Source: Eubacteriales bacterium
Lineage (GTDB): Bacteria; Bacillota; Clostridia; Oscillospirales; CAG-272
NCBI GenBank assembly: GCA_045533115.1
Contig: JAZSHF010000035.1
Span: 1 to 60,339 of the forward strand
Direction: 5' to 3'
Length of the DNA stretch: 60,339 bases
Shown: positions 28,055 through 38,341 of the stretch, one piece after another
How the letters are laid out: each line of letters begins with the position of its first letter
Numbering within the stretch: the stretch's first letter is position 1
Position numbers and translations under genes: made by a program
Notes under the pieces: model-generated
What the model saw: the letters and a program-made list of their open reading frames with translations, nothing else
Database searches by the model: none
What the model was told of the DNA's origin: nothing

Positions 28055-29071
28055 ATGGCAAAAAACAATTTGAATGTTGCAGTAATCGGCTGCAGCAGAG
28101 TTATGGGAAGAATCCATATGACCGGTGTCGCTGAAATGGAGGGCGCAACTCTTTATGCTATTTGTGACCCCGCGACTGACGGTCGTCTTGAAGAGGCTAA
28201 GGAGAAGTATAATGTCCCGATAGCAGTTACCGACTATCGTGAGCTTGTTGATGACCCGAATATTGATATAGCGGTAATTGTCACTCCCGATAAGCTGCAT
28301 CTTGAAATGACTGTGGCATTCCTTCGCGCAGGAAAGGACGTTCTTTGCGAGAAGCCTATGGCTTTGACTGTTGAGGAATGTACCGAGATGAGACGCGTTG
28401 AGAAGGAAACGGGCAGACGCCTTATGATAGGACAGGTTTGCAGATATACCGATGCTTTCGTTATGGCAAAGCAGCTTATTGATTCGGGCAGGATCGGCGA
28501 GCTCTACTTTGTTGAGAGCGAGTATGCTCACGATTACAGCCAAAGCCGCGGATATGACGATTGGCGCGTTTGCCCCGAGCGCGAGGGATTTATCGGCGGC
28601 GGATGTCACGCAGTTGACTTCCTTCGCTGGATCGCAGGAAATCCGACCGAGGTTTACGCGCACGCGAACCACAAGAATCTTCTCGATTGGCCTGTAAACG
28701 ATACTACCATCGCTATCTACAAGTTCCCGAACAACGTAATGGGTAAGGTATTCGTTTCGATCGGCTGTAAGAGAGACTATACTATGAGATCGGTATTCTA
28801 CGGAACCAAGGGTACCATTATCTGCGATAATACGTCACCTACGCTGACTCTGTTTGAGGGCGAGGATTATACCAATCCTCAGCAGCTTGATGTTGTGATC
28901 AATAATCATAATACCAAAGCAGAGATTGAAGAATTCGCTTCGGCTATTATGGAGAATAAGCCTCTCCGCGTCAGCTCGGCAGAGGGTGCATATACGATTT
29001 CCGTTTGCTGTGCAACCGTTGAGTCCGCCGCAAAGGGAACTCCGATAAATATCGTTTATCCCGAGATTTGA
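28055..29071 (+). CDS. Gfo/Idh/MocA family oxidoreductase
   Basis: VAVIGC, GKDVLCEKPMA, GGCHAVD. Confidence 0.92.
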   Translation: MAKNNLNVAVIGCSRVMGRIHMTGVAEMEGATLYAICDPATDGRLEEAKEKYNVPIAVTDYRELVDDPNIDIAVIVTPDKLHLEMTVAFLRAGKDVLCEKPMALTVEECTEMRRVEKETGRRLMIGQVCRYTDAFVMAKQLIDSGRIGELYFVESEYAHDYSQSRGYDDWRVCPEREGFIGGGCHAVDFLRWIAGNPTEVYAHANHKNLLDWPVNDTTIAIYKFPNNVMGKVFVSIGCKRDYTMRSVFYGTKGTIICDNTSPTLTLFEGEDYTNPQQLDVVINNHNTKAEIEEFASAIMENKPLRVSSAEGAYTISVCCATVESAAKGTPINIVYPEI

Positions 29072-29090
29072 CATACATACAACTGAACAT

Positions 29091-29121
29091 AAAAGCACGG
29101 TGCGCTTTGCACCGTGCTTTT
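29091..29121. terminator. Bidirectional terminator
   Basis: AAAAGCACGGTGC...GCACCGTGCTTTT. Confidence 0.78.
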
Positions 29122-29124
29122 CCT

Positions 29125-31740
29125 TTACTGAAGCTCCTCGCTTCGGTTAATTACCATTTCCATATACTGCTCACGCGTGATAAGTATGCGGCGCGGCTTC
29201 TGACCCTCGGGGGGGGAAACGTAGCCGCGTTTTTCCATTTCGTCGATGAGCTTCGCGGCTCTGCCGTAACCGAGCGAAAGGCGTCTTTGGATAAGAGAGG
29301 TTGAAATTTTATCGCTTTCAAGCGCAAGCTCTATAGCGGCGCGGAGCATCGGGTCTCCGCCCTCGCCCGCGTTATCGTCGGGAACACCGAAGCCGCCCGA
29401 AGATCCCTTCTTGCCGCTTCCGCAGGAGGCGGCAGCACGGTCAATGCTTGCAATGATGTCGGAATTATATTCGGCAACGTCGCCGTTTTCTTGCTTGATA
29501 AAGGTGACGATGCTTTCTACCTCGCCTTCACTTACGAATGCGCCCTGAACTCGTCTCGGCTTGGGGGCGCCGACGGGAGCGTATAGCATATCACCCCGTC
29601 CGATAAGCTTTTCTGCGCCTGCCATATCGAGGATAACTCTCGAGTCGGTCTGCGAAGCAACGGTACAAGCTATACGCGAGGGAACGTTTGCCTTGATAAG
29701 ACCGGTAATAACGTCAACGGAGGGACGCTGTGTACCTATTATGATGTGCATACCTGCGGCTCTTGCCTTTTGTGCAAGACGGCAGATCGACGCTTCAACG
29801 TCGTCGGGCGCGGTCATCATAAGGTCGGCAAGCTCGTCTATGATAATTACGATCTGGGGCAGAAATTCCTTTTCGGGATCGTCCTTCGTTACGATGTTGT
29901 AGTTCTTAACATCACGGACGCCGACCTCCTCGATAAGCTCGAAGCGGCGCTCCATTTCGGTAACCGCCCACTGAAGCGTTCCTGCCGCCTTTTTGGGGTC
30001 TGAAACGACGGGGACGAGCAGATGCGGTAGACCGTTATATATGTTAAGCTCAACCTTTTTTGGGTCGATAAGAATGAGCTTGATCTCGTCGGGAGTTCCC
30101 TTATAAAGCAGTGAAGTTATGATACAGTTTATACATACCGACTTACCCATACCGGTTGCACCTGCGATAAGCAGGTGAGGCATTTTCGCTATATCAAGGA
30201 ATACGGGCTCACCCGCAACGTCAATGCCAAGGCAGACGTTAATTTTGCTCGTTGCCTTGCGGAAGGTTTCGGTGTCGATAAGCTCGCGCAGATAAACGGT
30301 TGAAACCGTCTTGTTCGGCACCTCGATACCGACCGCCGCCTTTCCCGGAATCGGTGCTTCGACGCGCACGCCGGTAGTCGCGAGGTTGAGCGCTATATCG
30401 TCAACGAGGTTTGCGATCTGACGGACGCGCACACCCTCCTCGGGCGCAAGCTCATAACGGGTTATCGCGGGACCGCGGGATACGTTTACAATCCTCGTTC
30501 TGACCTTGAAGCTCTTAAGAGTTTCAACGAGGCGGGCAGCGTTCGTCTGAAGCTCGTCGCGGATATTTTCGTTTTTCGGCGTTTTATCGACCTTAAGAAG
30601 AGATATCGGGGGATACTGATATTCCTTCTTTTCGACGGGTGCTTCTTCAACGGGAGTTCTCGTTATTTCAATAGACGCGTCGGCGTTTTCAAGAGACTTT
30701 TTGAGATTTTTCCTTTCGTGCTCGTCGGCGAAGCGGTTTATTACGTCCATATTCTCGCCGAAAATTGCCTGAAGATCCGCCTTGTCGTTTCCGCTTTCAA
30801 AATCGGGAACGGATTTTTTTACTACGCGGGTCGCTGAAACTGTTTCTGTCTTGACAGCGGCATCAAAGGGCGGCTCGTCCTCTTCCTCGTCGGGAGTAAA
30901 GAGGTCCTCACGAACGGGAGTTGATTCGTGTTCGTTTTCGGGCAGGCGCTTGCCGCTCTCTTTTTTGCCCGTGCCGTCAAGGGCGACGTCCGGCTCAAAA
31001 TGATGACGGTCGTAGGGATCAGGCTTGACGGTCGCGTAATTGTGCTCCTCTTCCTCGACAACGACCGTGGGCTTGCTTTTTGAAACGAATGTGGTTACCT
31101 TCTCTTCGTTTTCCTTTTCGGTAGCCTTTCTTTCATTCTTTTCCTTAGCCTCGTGAATGAAATATCTTATGTACAGATAGATTGAATACGGCGTCAGACC
31201 GAACATGAGAAGTCCGAATATAAGTATCGCTGAAAGACCGATTATATGTAATCCGATTGGGCCTGTCAGCTTGTAAATGCAGACGCCGAGCAGACCTCCG
31301 AGTGCTCCGCAGCCCTGACGGTCAAGTCCCTGTTCGAAAAGGATCCAGGGATTGAAAGTCATAGTTCCATTGCTCCATATATGAATGAGCGATGAAAGGA
31401 ATACGAAGAATATCGACTGCCATACTGCGAATTTTACAAGCGACGCTATGCCCTTGCGAAGCTGCTTTCTCCAGAATAGGGAAAGGACAAAGCCGAGGAA
31501 GGGAAGCACGAGCGACGCGCCGCCGAACAGACCGTTAAAGAACCAGCGAAGTCCGATTCCCATAAATCCCGTAAGCTTAACTGCCAAAAAGCAGAAAAGA
31601 AGAAAGACTGAGAGCGCGCCGATCAGATACGGAAGTATCTGGTGTATCGGGCGGTCAATATGATCGACAGCGTCCGCCTTCGGCATCTTCGGCTTTTCAA
31701 TTTTCTTTTTTTGAGTCTGGTTTTTTCTTTGTTCGGGCAT
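29125..31740 (-). CDS. ftsK: DNA translocase FtsK/SpoIIIE
   Basis: N-terminal TM domain, PHLLIAGATGMGKS, IIDELADLMM, TQRPSVDVITG, gamma domain STSLIQRRLSLGYGRAA. Confidence 0.97.
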   Translation of the reverse strand: MPEQRKNQTQKKKIEKPKMPKADAVDHIDRPIHQILPYLIGALSVFLLFCFLAVKLTGFMGIGLRWFFNGLFGGASLVLPFLGFVLSLFWRKQLRKGIASLVKFAVWQSIFFVFLSSLIHIWSNGTMTFNPWILFEQGLDRQGCGALGGLLGVCIYKLTGPIGLHIIGLSAILIFGLLMFGLTPYSIYLYIRYFIHEAKEKNERKATEKENEEKVTTFVSKSKPTVVVEEEEHNYATVKPDPYDRHHFEPDVALDGTGKKESGKRLPENEHESTPVREDLFTPDEEEDEPPFDAAVKTETVSATRVVKKSVPDFESGNDKADLQAIFGENMDVINRFADEHERKNLKKSLENADASIEITRTPVEEAPVEKKEYQYPPISLLKVDKTPKNENIRDELQTNAARLVETLKSFKVRTRIVNVSRGPAITRYELAPEEGVRVRQIANLVDDIALNLATTGVRVEAPIPGKAAVGIEVPNKTVSTVYLRELIDTETFRKATSKINVCLGIDVAGEPVFLDIAKMPHLLIAGATGMGKSVCINCIITSLLYKGTPDEIKLILIDPKKVELNIYNGLPHLLVPVVSDPKKAAGTLQWAVTEMERRFELIEEVGVRDVKNYNIVTKDDPEKEFLPQIVIIIDELADLMMTAPDDVEASICRLAQKARAAGMHIIIGTQRPSVDVITGLIKANVPSRIACTVASQTDSRVILDMAGAEKLIGRGDMLYAPVGAPKPRRVQGAFVSEGEVESIVTFIKQENGDVAEYNSDIIASIDRAAASCGSGKKGSSGGFGVPDDNAGEGGDPMLRAAIELALESDKISTSLIQRRLSLGYGRAAKLIDEMEKRGYVSPPEGQKPRRILITREQYMEMVINRSEELQ

Positions 31741-31752
31741 TTTAACACATCC

Positions 31753-32586
31753 TTATCTTAAAAGTAAAACTGTAATTCCTACTGCGATACAGTAGAATGA
31801 GAAAAACTTAAAGCTTGATTTTTTCGTTAAAGCTTGAATAAGCCTTAATGATAATATTCCGACAATCGCGGCTGTTATCATACCGACGGCGTAAGGAATA
31901 ATATCTCCCCTCGGCACGGGCGTGTTTATCAGGTCGCCGAGCTTAAATATATTCGCGCCGATAACGGCGGGAAGTGACATCAAAAAGGAAAATTTCACGG
32001 CAAATTTCGGGTCAAATCGTGAAGCACGTCCTGCACTGATCGTCGATCCCGAACGGGAAAGCCCGGGGAATACGGCGGATAGCTGACATATACCGACAAA
32101 GAACGCATTTCGCGGCTTTGCTTCTAATATATTCTTGCTTCCTTTCGGGATGAGATCGCTGATAAAGAGGATAATTCCGTTCAGTATAAGCAGTACCGCG
32201 ACCGCGGTTATACCGATATTCTCGACCTTATCACCGAAAAAGGGAACAAATAGAAGCGGTAACGAAGCGATGAACAGTAAAACTACAAGCCGCTCATCTC
32301 CGACGCAATCGTGGTATCGTAGCTTTCCTCGGAACAATTTTCCCATCACCCTGAAAAAAGCGGGGAAGAGAGGGAGAATGTCTTTGATATAGAATACCGT
32401 CACCGAAAAGAGGGTGGACAGATGCAAAAGAATATCAAAGGTGAAATAATCGGCTTCGATATTCCTGCCGAAAAAATACTGTGCGATAACGAGGTGGGCA
32501 GAGCTTGAGATCGGCAAAAATTCCGACGCACCCTGTATTATACCGTATATAATGGCAGACAATATTGTCAAGAGCGTTTCCTCCAT
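31753..32586 (-). CDS. uppP: Undecaprenyl-diphosphatase
   Basis: QGASEFLPISSSAH and PGLSRSGSTI motifs. Confidence 0.95.
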   Translation of the reverse strand: MEETLLTILSAIIYGIIQGASEFLPISSSAHLVIAQYFFGRNIEADYFTFDILLHLSTLFSVTVFYIKDILPLFPAFFRVMGKLFRGKLRYHDCVGDERLVVLLFIASLPLLFVPFFGDKVENIGITAVAVLLILNGIILFISDLIPKGSKNILEAKPRNAFFVGICQLSAVFPGLSRSGSTISAGRASRFDPKFAVKFSFLMSLPAVIGANIFKLGDLINTPVPRGDIIPYAVGMITAAIVGILSLRLIQALTKKSSFKFFSFYCIAVGITVLLLR

Positions 32587-32661
32587 AAATCAGTCTACCA
32601 AATATATAATAGCAGATTTTTTCTAAAATGACAAGTAGTGAATAAAAAAGGAGAGAAAAAG

Positions 32662-33018
32662 GTGGATAATATATGCAAATATTTGCTTGTCGGAGCGATT
32701 TCAGGTTTTGTCAGCGGATTCTTCGGAGCGGGGGGCGGAGTTGTACTCATATTTGCCCTCTCGCTTCTGATAAAAAAAGACAATAAAAGGATATTTGCGC
32801 AGACGGCGCTAATAACTGCGTCGTTTGCCTTTGTTTCTGCTGTGATGTATCAGATCAAGGGCAACCTGCCGTTCGGTCTAGCACTTCGGTATATTTTTCC
32901 CGCCGCGCTTGGCGGAGCATTCGGCGCGTATCTGCTTCACAGGTTAAAGCTCAAGGCGGTGAAGCGCATTTTTGCTATTACCGTAATACTCGGCGGGCTT
33001 ATTATGATATTTCGTTAA
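32662..33018 (+). CDS. Half-size TauE/SafE (TSUP) family membrane protein
   Basis: GAISGFVSGFFGAGGG and GGAFGAYLL motifs; GTG after AGGAG. Confidence 0.8.
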   Translation: MDNICKYLLVGAISGFVSGFFGAGGGVVLIFALSLLIKKDNKRIFAQTALITASFAFVSAVMYQIKGNLPFGLALRYIFPAALGGAFGAYLLHRLKLKAVKRIFAITVILGGLIMIFR

Positions 33019-34355
33019 AGCTCAATGTCGGAAAGGGTAAAGCTCGGACGCTTTTCGACTTGTGGTACGTCATTTTGCGGCGACGTGTCGGGGATCCTTG
33101 CGATTATATCCGAGGGCTTTAGGTCGGGATTCTGGAAAAGAATATTGAGCAGCGACATATAGTCGCGGATTATCTCTCGCGGCGTTATCATAACGTCTGC
33201 TCCCGCGCGGGAGAGAGAGGATTTGAGGAAAACCGTCATATCCTCGTCTGTCACTCTCGGTGTCCATGCAAAATGCTGACCGTGAAGCCTGGTAAGACGC
33301 GTAATAAGTGCGTACAGCTCATTATCCGAAAGACGGCGCAGGCGGATAACGGGACCCATTAGGTCACGGTAGCCGTCACTGCCGAATCGGCTGTCGGTAA
33401 GACGCGAGCGAAGCGCCTCATAGCTAAATAGACCGCGGCGCGTGTCCTCGAGGAACTGCGGGGTGCCGCCCATAATTATGTCAAGCCCCTTTGCCTTGCC
33501 CTGAAGTGTATCGTTGAACATCGAAAGGATTTTTTCGTAGTTGTTTTCTCGTGAGATGCGGTTTGAAATCTTATAGAGGTTAACGCATTCGTCGATAAAT
33601 ACCACAAGCCCCTTGTATCCGACCTGACGCCCGAATTCTGCCCATAGCTTGATATAATCGTACCAGCTGTCGTCGTCAATTATCGAGTTGACGGAAAGAT
33701 CGCGGCGAGCCTCGGTCTTAGTCTCATATTCTCCGCGGAGCCAGCGGAGCGCGTGGCTCTTTTTTTCGTCGTCATTATTTACCGACGCGCGGTAGTATTC
33801 GGTTATAACGTAGGCAAAATCAAATCCGCCGACACTGTTTTCAAGCTCTCGGGTAACGTCATAAACGCGCTTCGTTACCTCGCTCCCGAACGACGGATCA
33901 CTCGGTGAAATACCGCCGGATGCGACCTCACTCATAAGAGAGGACAGCCATTTTGAAATTATTCCTGAAAGCGCGCCTCCCTCGGGAGAGGTTTTGGATG
34001 AAAGATTGCGGATAAGCTCGCGGTAGGTCGCAATTCCCGCGCCCTTGCTTCCGCAAATTCGTCTTTCGGGAGAAAGGTCACAGTCGGCAGTAAGAAATCC
34101 GCGTTCGAGCGCATATCCGCGCATAAGCTGCATAAGAAAGCTCTTACCGCTTCCGTATTTACCGATGAGGAAGCGCATAGCCGCTCCGCCATCGCTTACC
34201 TGATTAAGGTCGGAAAGCAGTGCTGCGATCTCGTCATCGCGTCCTATTGCGATATAAGGCGCGCCGAGACGCGGAACGACTCCTGCCGAAATTGAGCGGA
34301 TAAGAGAGGAGAGTATTCTTTTCGGCACTATTACTTTTTCGTTGTTTTCAACCAT
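33015..34355 (-). CDS. DUF2791/BrxD-like P-loop ATPase (Shango SngB-like)
   Basis: AGVVPR.G...IAIGR, GKYGSGKS Walker A, ALRWLRGEY, FIDECVNLYK Walker B, RRGLFSYEALRSRL. Confidence 0.88.
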   Translation of the reverse strand: MVENNEKVIVPKRILSSLIRSISAGVVPRLGAPYIAIGRDDEIAALLSDLNQVSDGGAAMRFLIGKYGSGKSFLMQLMRGYALERGFLTADCDLSPERRICGSKGAGIATYRELIRNLSSKTSPEGGALSGIISKWLSSLMSEVASGGISPSDPSFGSEVTKRVYDVTRELENSVGGFDFAYVITEYYRASVNNDDEKKSHALRWLRGEYETKTEARRDLSVNSIIDDDSWYDYIKLWAEFGRQVGYKGLVVFIDECVNLYKISNRISRENNYEKILSMFNDTLQGKAKGLDIIMGGTPQFLEDTRRGLFSYEALRSRLTDSRFGSDGYRDLMGPVIRLRRLSDNELYALITRLTRLHGQHFAWTPRVTDEDMTVFLKSSLSRAGADVMITPREIIRDYMSLLNILFQNPDLKPSDIIARIPDTSPQNDVPQVEKRPSFTLSDIEL

Positions 34356-36100
34356 TGACTGATTTCCTCCATATAATCGACGACGATACTGTATCCGTCG
34401 TCACTTTGCTCGACGGCAATATCGCCGAGCGTGTCGTAAAGGCGGTCGTTTATAGCCTCGCAAAGTGCGTCGGGAAGTATGCCCATAGTGTGCGAAAGGG
34501 CAACAAATCCCTGATTATCATTGTTGATAAGACAGTTTAGCGCCTTTGAAATTTCTATGTCTGCACCGTTACTTTCTTTTTCCTGCGGAACATCGGGAAC
34601 GGGTGCGATTTCCTCCGTCTCGAGCTCGTATTCCTCAATGCCCTCGGTCAAAAGCTCGGTAGTCGTCCACGAATGCTCCTCTATATTCTTCGCGTCGGAG
34701 AGGGAAAGCTCTGTTTTTATCGGCTCATAAAGAGCGTCGTATTCGGAAATCGGCTCCGTCCTTGTTTGTTCCTTTTTAAGCTCCTTTTTATATGGGGCGA
34801 AGTATTCCTCAATAGCGTGGCGCAGGGGAAGAGCAAGGTTCGGAGTATGGAATCTGCTTCGTATTCCGAGAAGCGCGCGAACGTTATTTTCAGCAAATTT
34901 GATGGCATCGGTCACCACATAACGAAGCTCTGCCGAGCGCGACACCGAAAGATACGATACTTCAATACGCCTTTTTACGTTGTAGGCGCAAAGGGCTCCG
35001 ACGAAAGCATCACGCGTGACCTTAAGCGGTATCATCGCACGGTCGCCGATCGGCGCAAAAATCGTCAGATGCTCGTTTTCAGCCTTTGTGAAGGCGTAGA
35101 TGAAGGAAGCTCTTATATGCTTGTCGAAGAGAGCGCGGTTTTCATCGGTGATAAATTTACTGTTTCTGTAATTGTAGAGCGATGCATAGGAAAACAGAGC
35201 AGACGCATACGGCGAACCCTCGACGGCGTCCATGCCGACGAAGACCTCCTTGAGCGTACAGTTTCTTGCCGCCTCATCCGTTATTGACGGCGGAATATAT
35301 CTGCCGTCAAGCTTGTGAATAAGACAGTAGTCGCATACCCATTCGCTTAAATGCCGATCAAGCTTCGGGAAATCCTTTCGGTAATTTTCCCAAATGAAAA
35401 CGAGCATATCAAGACCGTTTTCGGGCGGAAGCAGGTCGGGGACGTTTATTATTTCGTAAATCAAAAGCAGGATATATGAATAGTCCGCCTTGACCGCTTC
35501 ACCTCGTCTTATTTTGCTCCTGAACCAGAAATAAAATTCAAGCTGTCGGCGCGTCATCTGAATATATTGCGGAGTGAAGGAAAAGAACGGCTCGTAAGGA
35601 CATTCCTTGCCCTCGTGCTTGAAGTTCTTTACCGCGTGATTTCGGAACTGCTCGTAAAAGGAGTATTTAGCGGGCCAAAGTCGGACGGTGACCTCTTTTA
35701 TAAACGGATTCCTTTTCGGTGTATATGTGAAAAGCGGCTCGTCTGAGGGCGTAACCTCTATCGGCTCGTTTTTCTTTTCTTCCTTGTCGCCGAATGCGGC
35801 TGCGGCGTATGAAAGATGTTTTGCCTCGGCGGTCTTCAGCGCCGATTTCGCTCGTTCAAGACGCTCGGACGGGGCAGAGGCTTCGGAGGAAGAACGGCTT
35901 TTCATTTCATTCAGGCGCGTTTGCCAACTGTCCGATTTCGGTATCGGCGTGCCCTTGCGCTCGCTTGCCGAGTTTACGTTGATTTCAATGGCATCTGTGT
36001 CGGTCGAATAAACCGCGCCTACCTTCTTTTTCGGCAGCATCTCGTCAATGTCCCAAAAATCATCGTTAAGATCAAAGGTGTTAAAATCTCTTTTCGACAT
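34331..36100 (-). CDS. TerB N-terminal and TerB-C domain protein (Shango SngA-like)
   Basis: PFFSFTPQY..M...QL.FYFWFR...Y.LL.IYE.IN TerB-N signature; C-terminal PDALCEAIND.LYD.LGD TerB-C signature; overlaps the ATPase gene. Confidence 0.85.
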   Translation of the reverse strand: MSKRDFNTFDLNDDFWDIDEMLPKKKVGAVYSTDTDAIEINVNSASERKGTPIPKSDSWQTRLNEMKSRSSSEASAPSERLERAKSALKTAEAKHLSYAAAAFGDKEEKKNEPIEVTPSDEPLFTYTPKRNPFIKEVTVRLWPAKYSFYEQFRNHAVKNFKHEGKECPYEPFFSFTPQYIQMTRRQLEFYFWFRSKIRRGEAVKADYSYILLLIYEIINVPDLLPPENGLDMLVFIWENYRKDFPKLDRHLSEWVCDYCLIHKLDGRYIPPSITDEAARNCTLKEVFVGMDAVEGSPYASALFSYASLYNYRNSKFITDENRALFDKHIRASFIYAFTKAENEHLTIFAPIGDRAMIPLKVTRDAFVGALCAYNVKRRIEVSYLSVSRSAELRYVVTDAIKFAENNVRALLGIRSRFHTPNLALPLRHAIEEYFAPYKKELKKEQTRTEPISEYDALYEPIKTELSLSDAKNIEEHSWTTTELLTEGIEEYELETEEIAPVPDVPQEKESNGADIEISKALNCLINNDNQGFVALSHTMGILPDALCEAINDRLYDTLGDIAVEQSDDGYSIVVDYMEEISQWLKTTKK

Positions 36101-36134
36101 AGTTCTCCTCCTTTCCCGTTTCAGGTATCATATA

Positions 36135-36163
36135 ATTATAGCATATAAATTGTATTATGTCAA
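36135..36163 (-). promoter_or_regulatory. Sigma-A promoter of TerB-N/ATPase operon
   Basis: TTGACA-17 bp-TATAAT with extended TG. Confidence 0.82.
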
Positions 36164-36182
36164 TTATTATGCCCACAAAATG

Positions 36183-36211
36183 AAAAAACCGCCGAGCGTT
36201 ACGCTCGGCGG
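36183..36211 (-). terminator. hpf terminator
   Basis: CCGCCGAGCG..CGCTCGGCGG followed by a T-run on the minus strand. Confidence 0.78.
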
Positions 36212-36222
36212 GTGAAGATTAT

Positions 36223-36741
36223 TTATTTTTCGGGATTAATAAGTCCGTATCCACCGTTCTTTCTCTTATAAACGACAGCGGCATTTCCCGTTTCGGAATT
36301 TTCAAACATAAAGAACTCGTGACCGATAAGGTTCATTTGAAGTATTGCTTCCTCGGGTGTCATAGGCTTGATAACAAAGGTCTTTTCGCGAATGTTGAAG
36401 GTCTCCTCAAACTCCTCGGGCTGTTCGCCGATCTCGCGGAACGCTCCCTCGCGTAGGCGCTTTTCAAGGCGCGTCTTATTCTTTCTGATCTGGCGTTCGA
36501 TCGTATCGACGGCGGTATCGAGGGCGTTTACGAAGGTATCGGCGCTTTCTTCGGCGCGGAAGAGAAGAGAACCGTTCGTTACCATTACCTCAAGGCGTTC
36601 GGAGTTCTTTTCCATACTCATCGTAACGTAAGCCGACGCGTCGTCTTTGAAGTACTTATCAAGCTTTGCGAGCTTTTTTTCGACAACTTCCTTAAAGCTT
36701 TCTCTTACGTTGATTTTGCGTCCGATAATGTTGATCTTCAT
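36223..36741 (-). CDS. hpf: Ribosome hibernation promoting factor (long HPF)
   Basis: KKL.KLDKYF, IERQIRKNKTRL, KPMTPEEAILQMNLIGHEFF. Confidence 0.95.
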   Translation of the reverse strand: MKINIIGRKINVRESFKEVVEKKLAKLDKYFKDDASAYVTMSMEKNSERLEVMVTNGSLLFRAEESADTFVNALDTAVDTIERQIRKNKTRLEKRLREGAFREIGEQPEEFEETFNIREKTFVIKPMTPEEAILQMNLIGHEFFMFENSETGNAAVVYKRKNGGYGLINPEK

Positions 36742-36858
36742 AAATACTTTCACCTCTTTACGGATATTACAGAGAATTTATCTCTGCAACTATATTATAC
36801 CATAAAGATTTTGATTTGTCACTATGTTTTGTGAAATTCATCTAATATTTTTGTGAAA

Positions 36859-38337
36859 TTATTGCGAAATTGTCTTTTTCACAGCATTTTGCCAACCGCA
36901 AATATACTCTTTTCTTTGGTTTTGGTTTATCTTCGGCTCAAATACCGTCGAGTTGCCCGAAAGAGTTGAAATTTCATCAATAGATGAATAAATACCACAG
37001 CCGAGTCCCGCAAGGTAAGCAGCACCGAGAGATGTCGTTTCGGTGTTCGACGGACGAATTACACTTTTATTTGATATATCCGCTTGGAACGAGCACAAAA
37101 ATCCGTTCGCCGACGCTCCGCCGTCAACGCGCAAAGCGGGAATTTTGCTTCCCGATTCGCTTTCCATAAGCGAGAGCACGTCGTCGGTCTGATAAGCCAT
37201 CGCTTCAAGCGCGGCACGGACGATATGACGCCTGTCGCTTCCTCGGGATAGTCCGCAGATGAGTCCGCGGCATTCGGGGTCCCAATATGGCGCTCCGAGA
37301 CCGGTAAATGCGGGAACGAAATACACGCCGTCGGTATTCGGAATGTCAAAAGCCATTTTTTCGCTGTCGGATGACGATGCAAGTATTCCCAGCCCGTCGC
37401 GGAGCCACTGAATTGCCGCGCCTGCAATAAATACCGAGCCCTCAAGAGCGTAGGTGAGCTTGCCGTCTATTTCCCATGCAACCGTGGTGAGAAGTCCGTT
37501 TTTCGATATTATGGCATCGTCTCCTGTGTTCATAAGCAGGAAGCAACCGGTTCCGTAGGTGTTTTTCGCGTCACCGATCTTAAAGCAGCACTGACCGAAG
37601 AGCGACGCTTGCTGGTCACCCGCAACGCCGCAGATTGGGATCTTCGTTCCGAGGATCTCAGCGTCGGCAATATATCCGCTCGACGGCATAACGGTCGGAA
37701 GAATGCTTTCGGGAATGCCGAAATGATTAAGAATATCCTTGTCCCATTCGCCATTATGTATATTGTACATCATAGTGCGTGATGCGTTCGACGCGTCGGT
37801 CGCGTGACGTTTTCCGTTCGTCAGCTTGTGAATAAGCCAGCTGTCGACGGTGCCGAATGCGAGATTCCCTTCCTCGGCAAGATCATACGCGCCGTCAACG
37901 TTGTCGAGGATATATTTTACCTTCGTAAGCGAAAAATACGGATCGGCGATAAGCCCCGTTTTTTCCTTAAGCACTTCTTCATAACCCGATGATTTTATTT
38001 CCTCGCAGTAGTCGGCAGTCCGTCGGCATTGCCAGACTATTGCGTTGCAAAGTGCCTTTCCCGTCCTTTTGTTCCAAACGACGGTCGTTTCTCTTTGGTT
38101 GGTAATACCGATAGCAGCAATTTCATCAGGCGAGATTCCCGCTCTTTTAACCGCTGTTTCGATAGCGTAAAGCTGTGTACTCCAAATTGCCTCGGGATCA
38201 TGCTCTACCCAACCCGAAAGGGGATAAATCTGCGGAAGCTCCCTTTGAGCCTCGCCGATCTTGTTTCCGAATTTGTCGTAAACGATACAACGCGAGCTCG
38301 TCGTACCTTGATCGAGGGCGAGAATATACCTCTTCAT
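36859..38337 (-). CDS. glpK: Glycerol kinase
   Basis: ALDQGTTSSR, GITNQRETT, WQCRRT, AGDQQASLFGQ, KNTYGTG, LRVDGGA. Confidence 0.95.
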   Translation of the reverse strand: MKRYILALDQGTTSSRCIVYDKFGNKIGEAQRELPQIYPLSGWVEHDPEAIWSTQLYAIETAVKRAGISPDEIAAIGITNQRETTVVWNKRTGKALCNAIVWQCRRTADYCEEIKSSGYEEVLKEKTGLIADPYFSLTKVKYILDNVDGAYDLAEEGNLAFGTVDSWLIHKLTNGKRHATDASNASRTMMYNIHNGEWDKDILNHFGIPESILPTVMPSSGYIADAEILGTKIPICGVAGDQQASLFGQCCFKIGDAKNTYGTGCFLLMNTGDDAIISKNGLLTTVAWEIDGKLTYALEGSVFIAGAAIQWLRDGLGILASSSDSEKMAFDIPNTDGVYFVPAFTGLGAPYWDPECRGLICGLSRGSDRRHIVRAALEAMAYQTDDVLSLMESESGSKIPALRVDGGASANGFLCSFQADISNKSVIRPSNTETTSLGAAYLAGLGCGIYSSIDEISTLSGNSTVFEPKINQNQRKEYICGWQNAVKKTISQ

Positions 38338-38341
38338 AATA

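Noticed and set aside
33015-34355. BREX system (BrxD-like ATPase)
   Set aside because: No pglZ, brxC, pglX or brxHI; TerB-N partner points to a Shango-like locus
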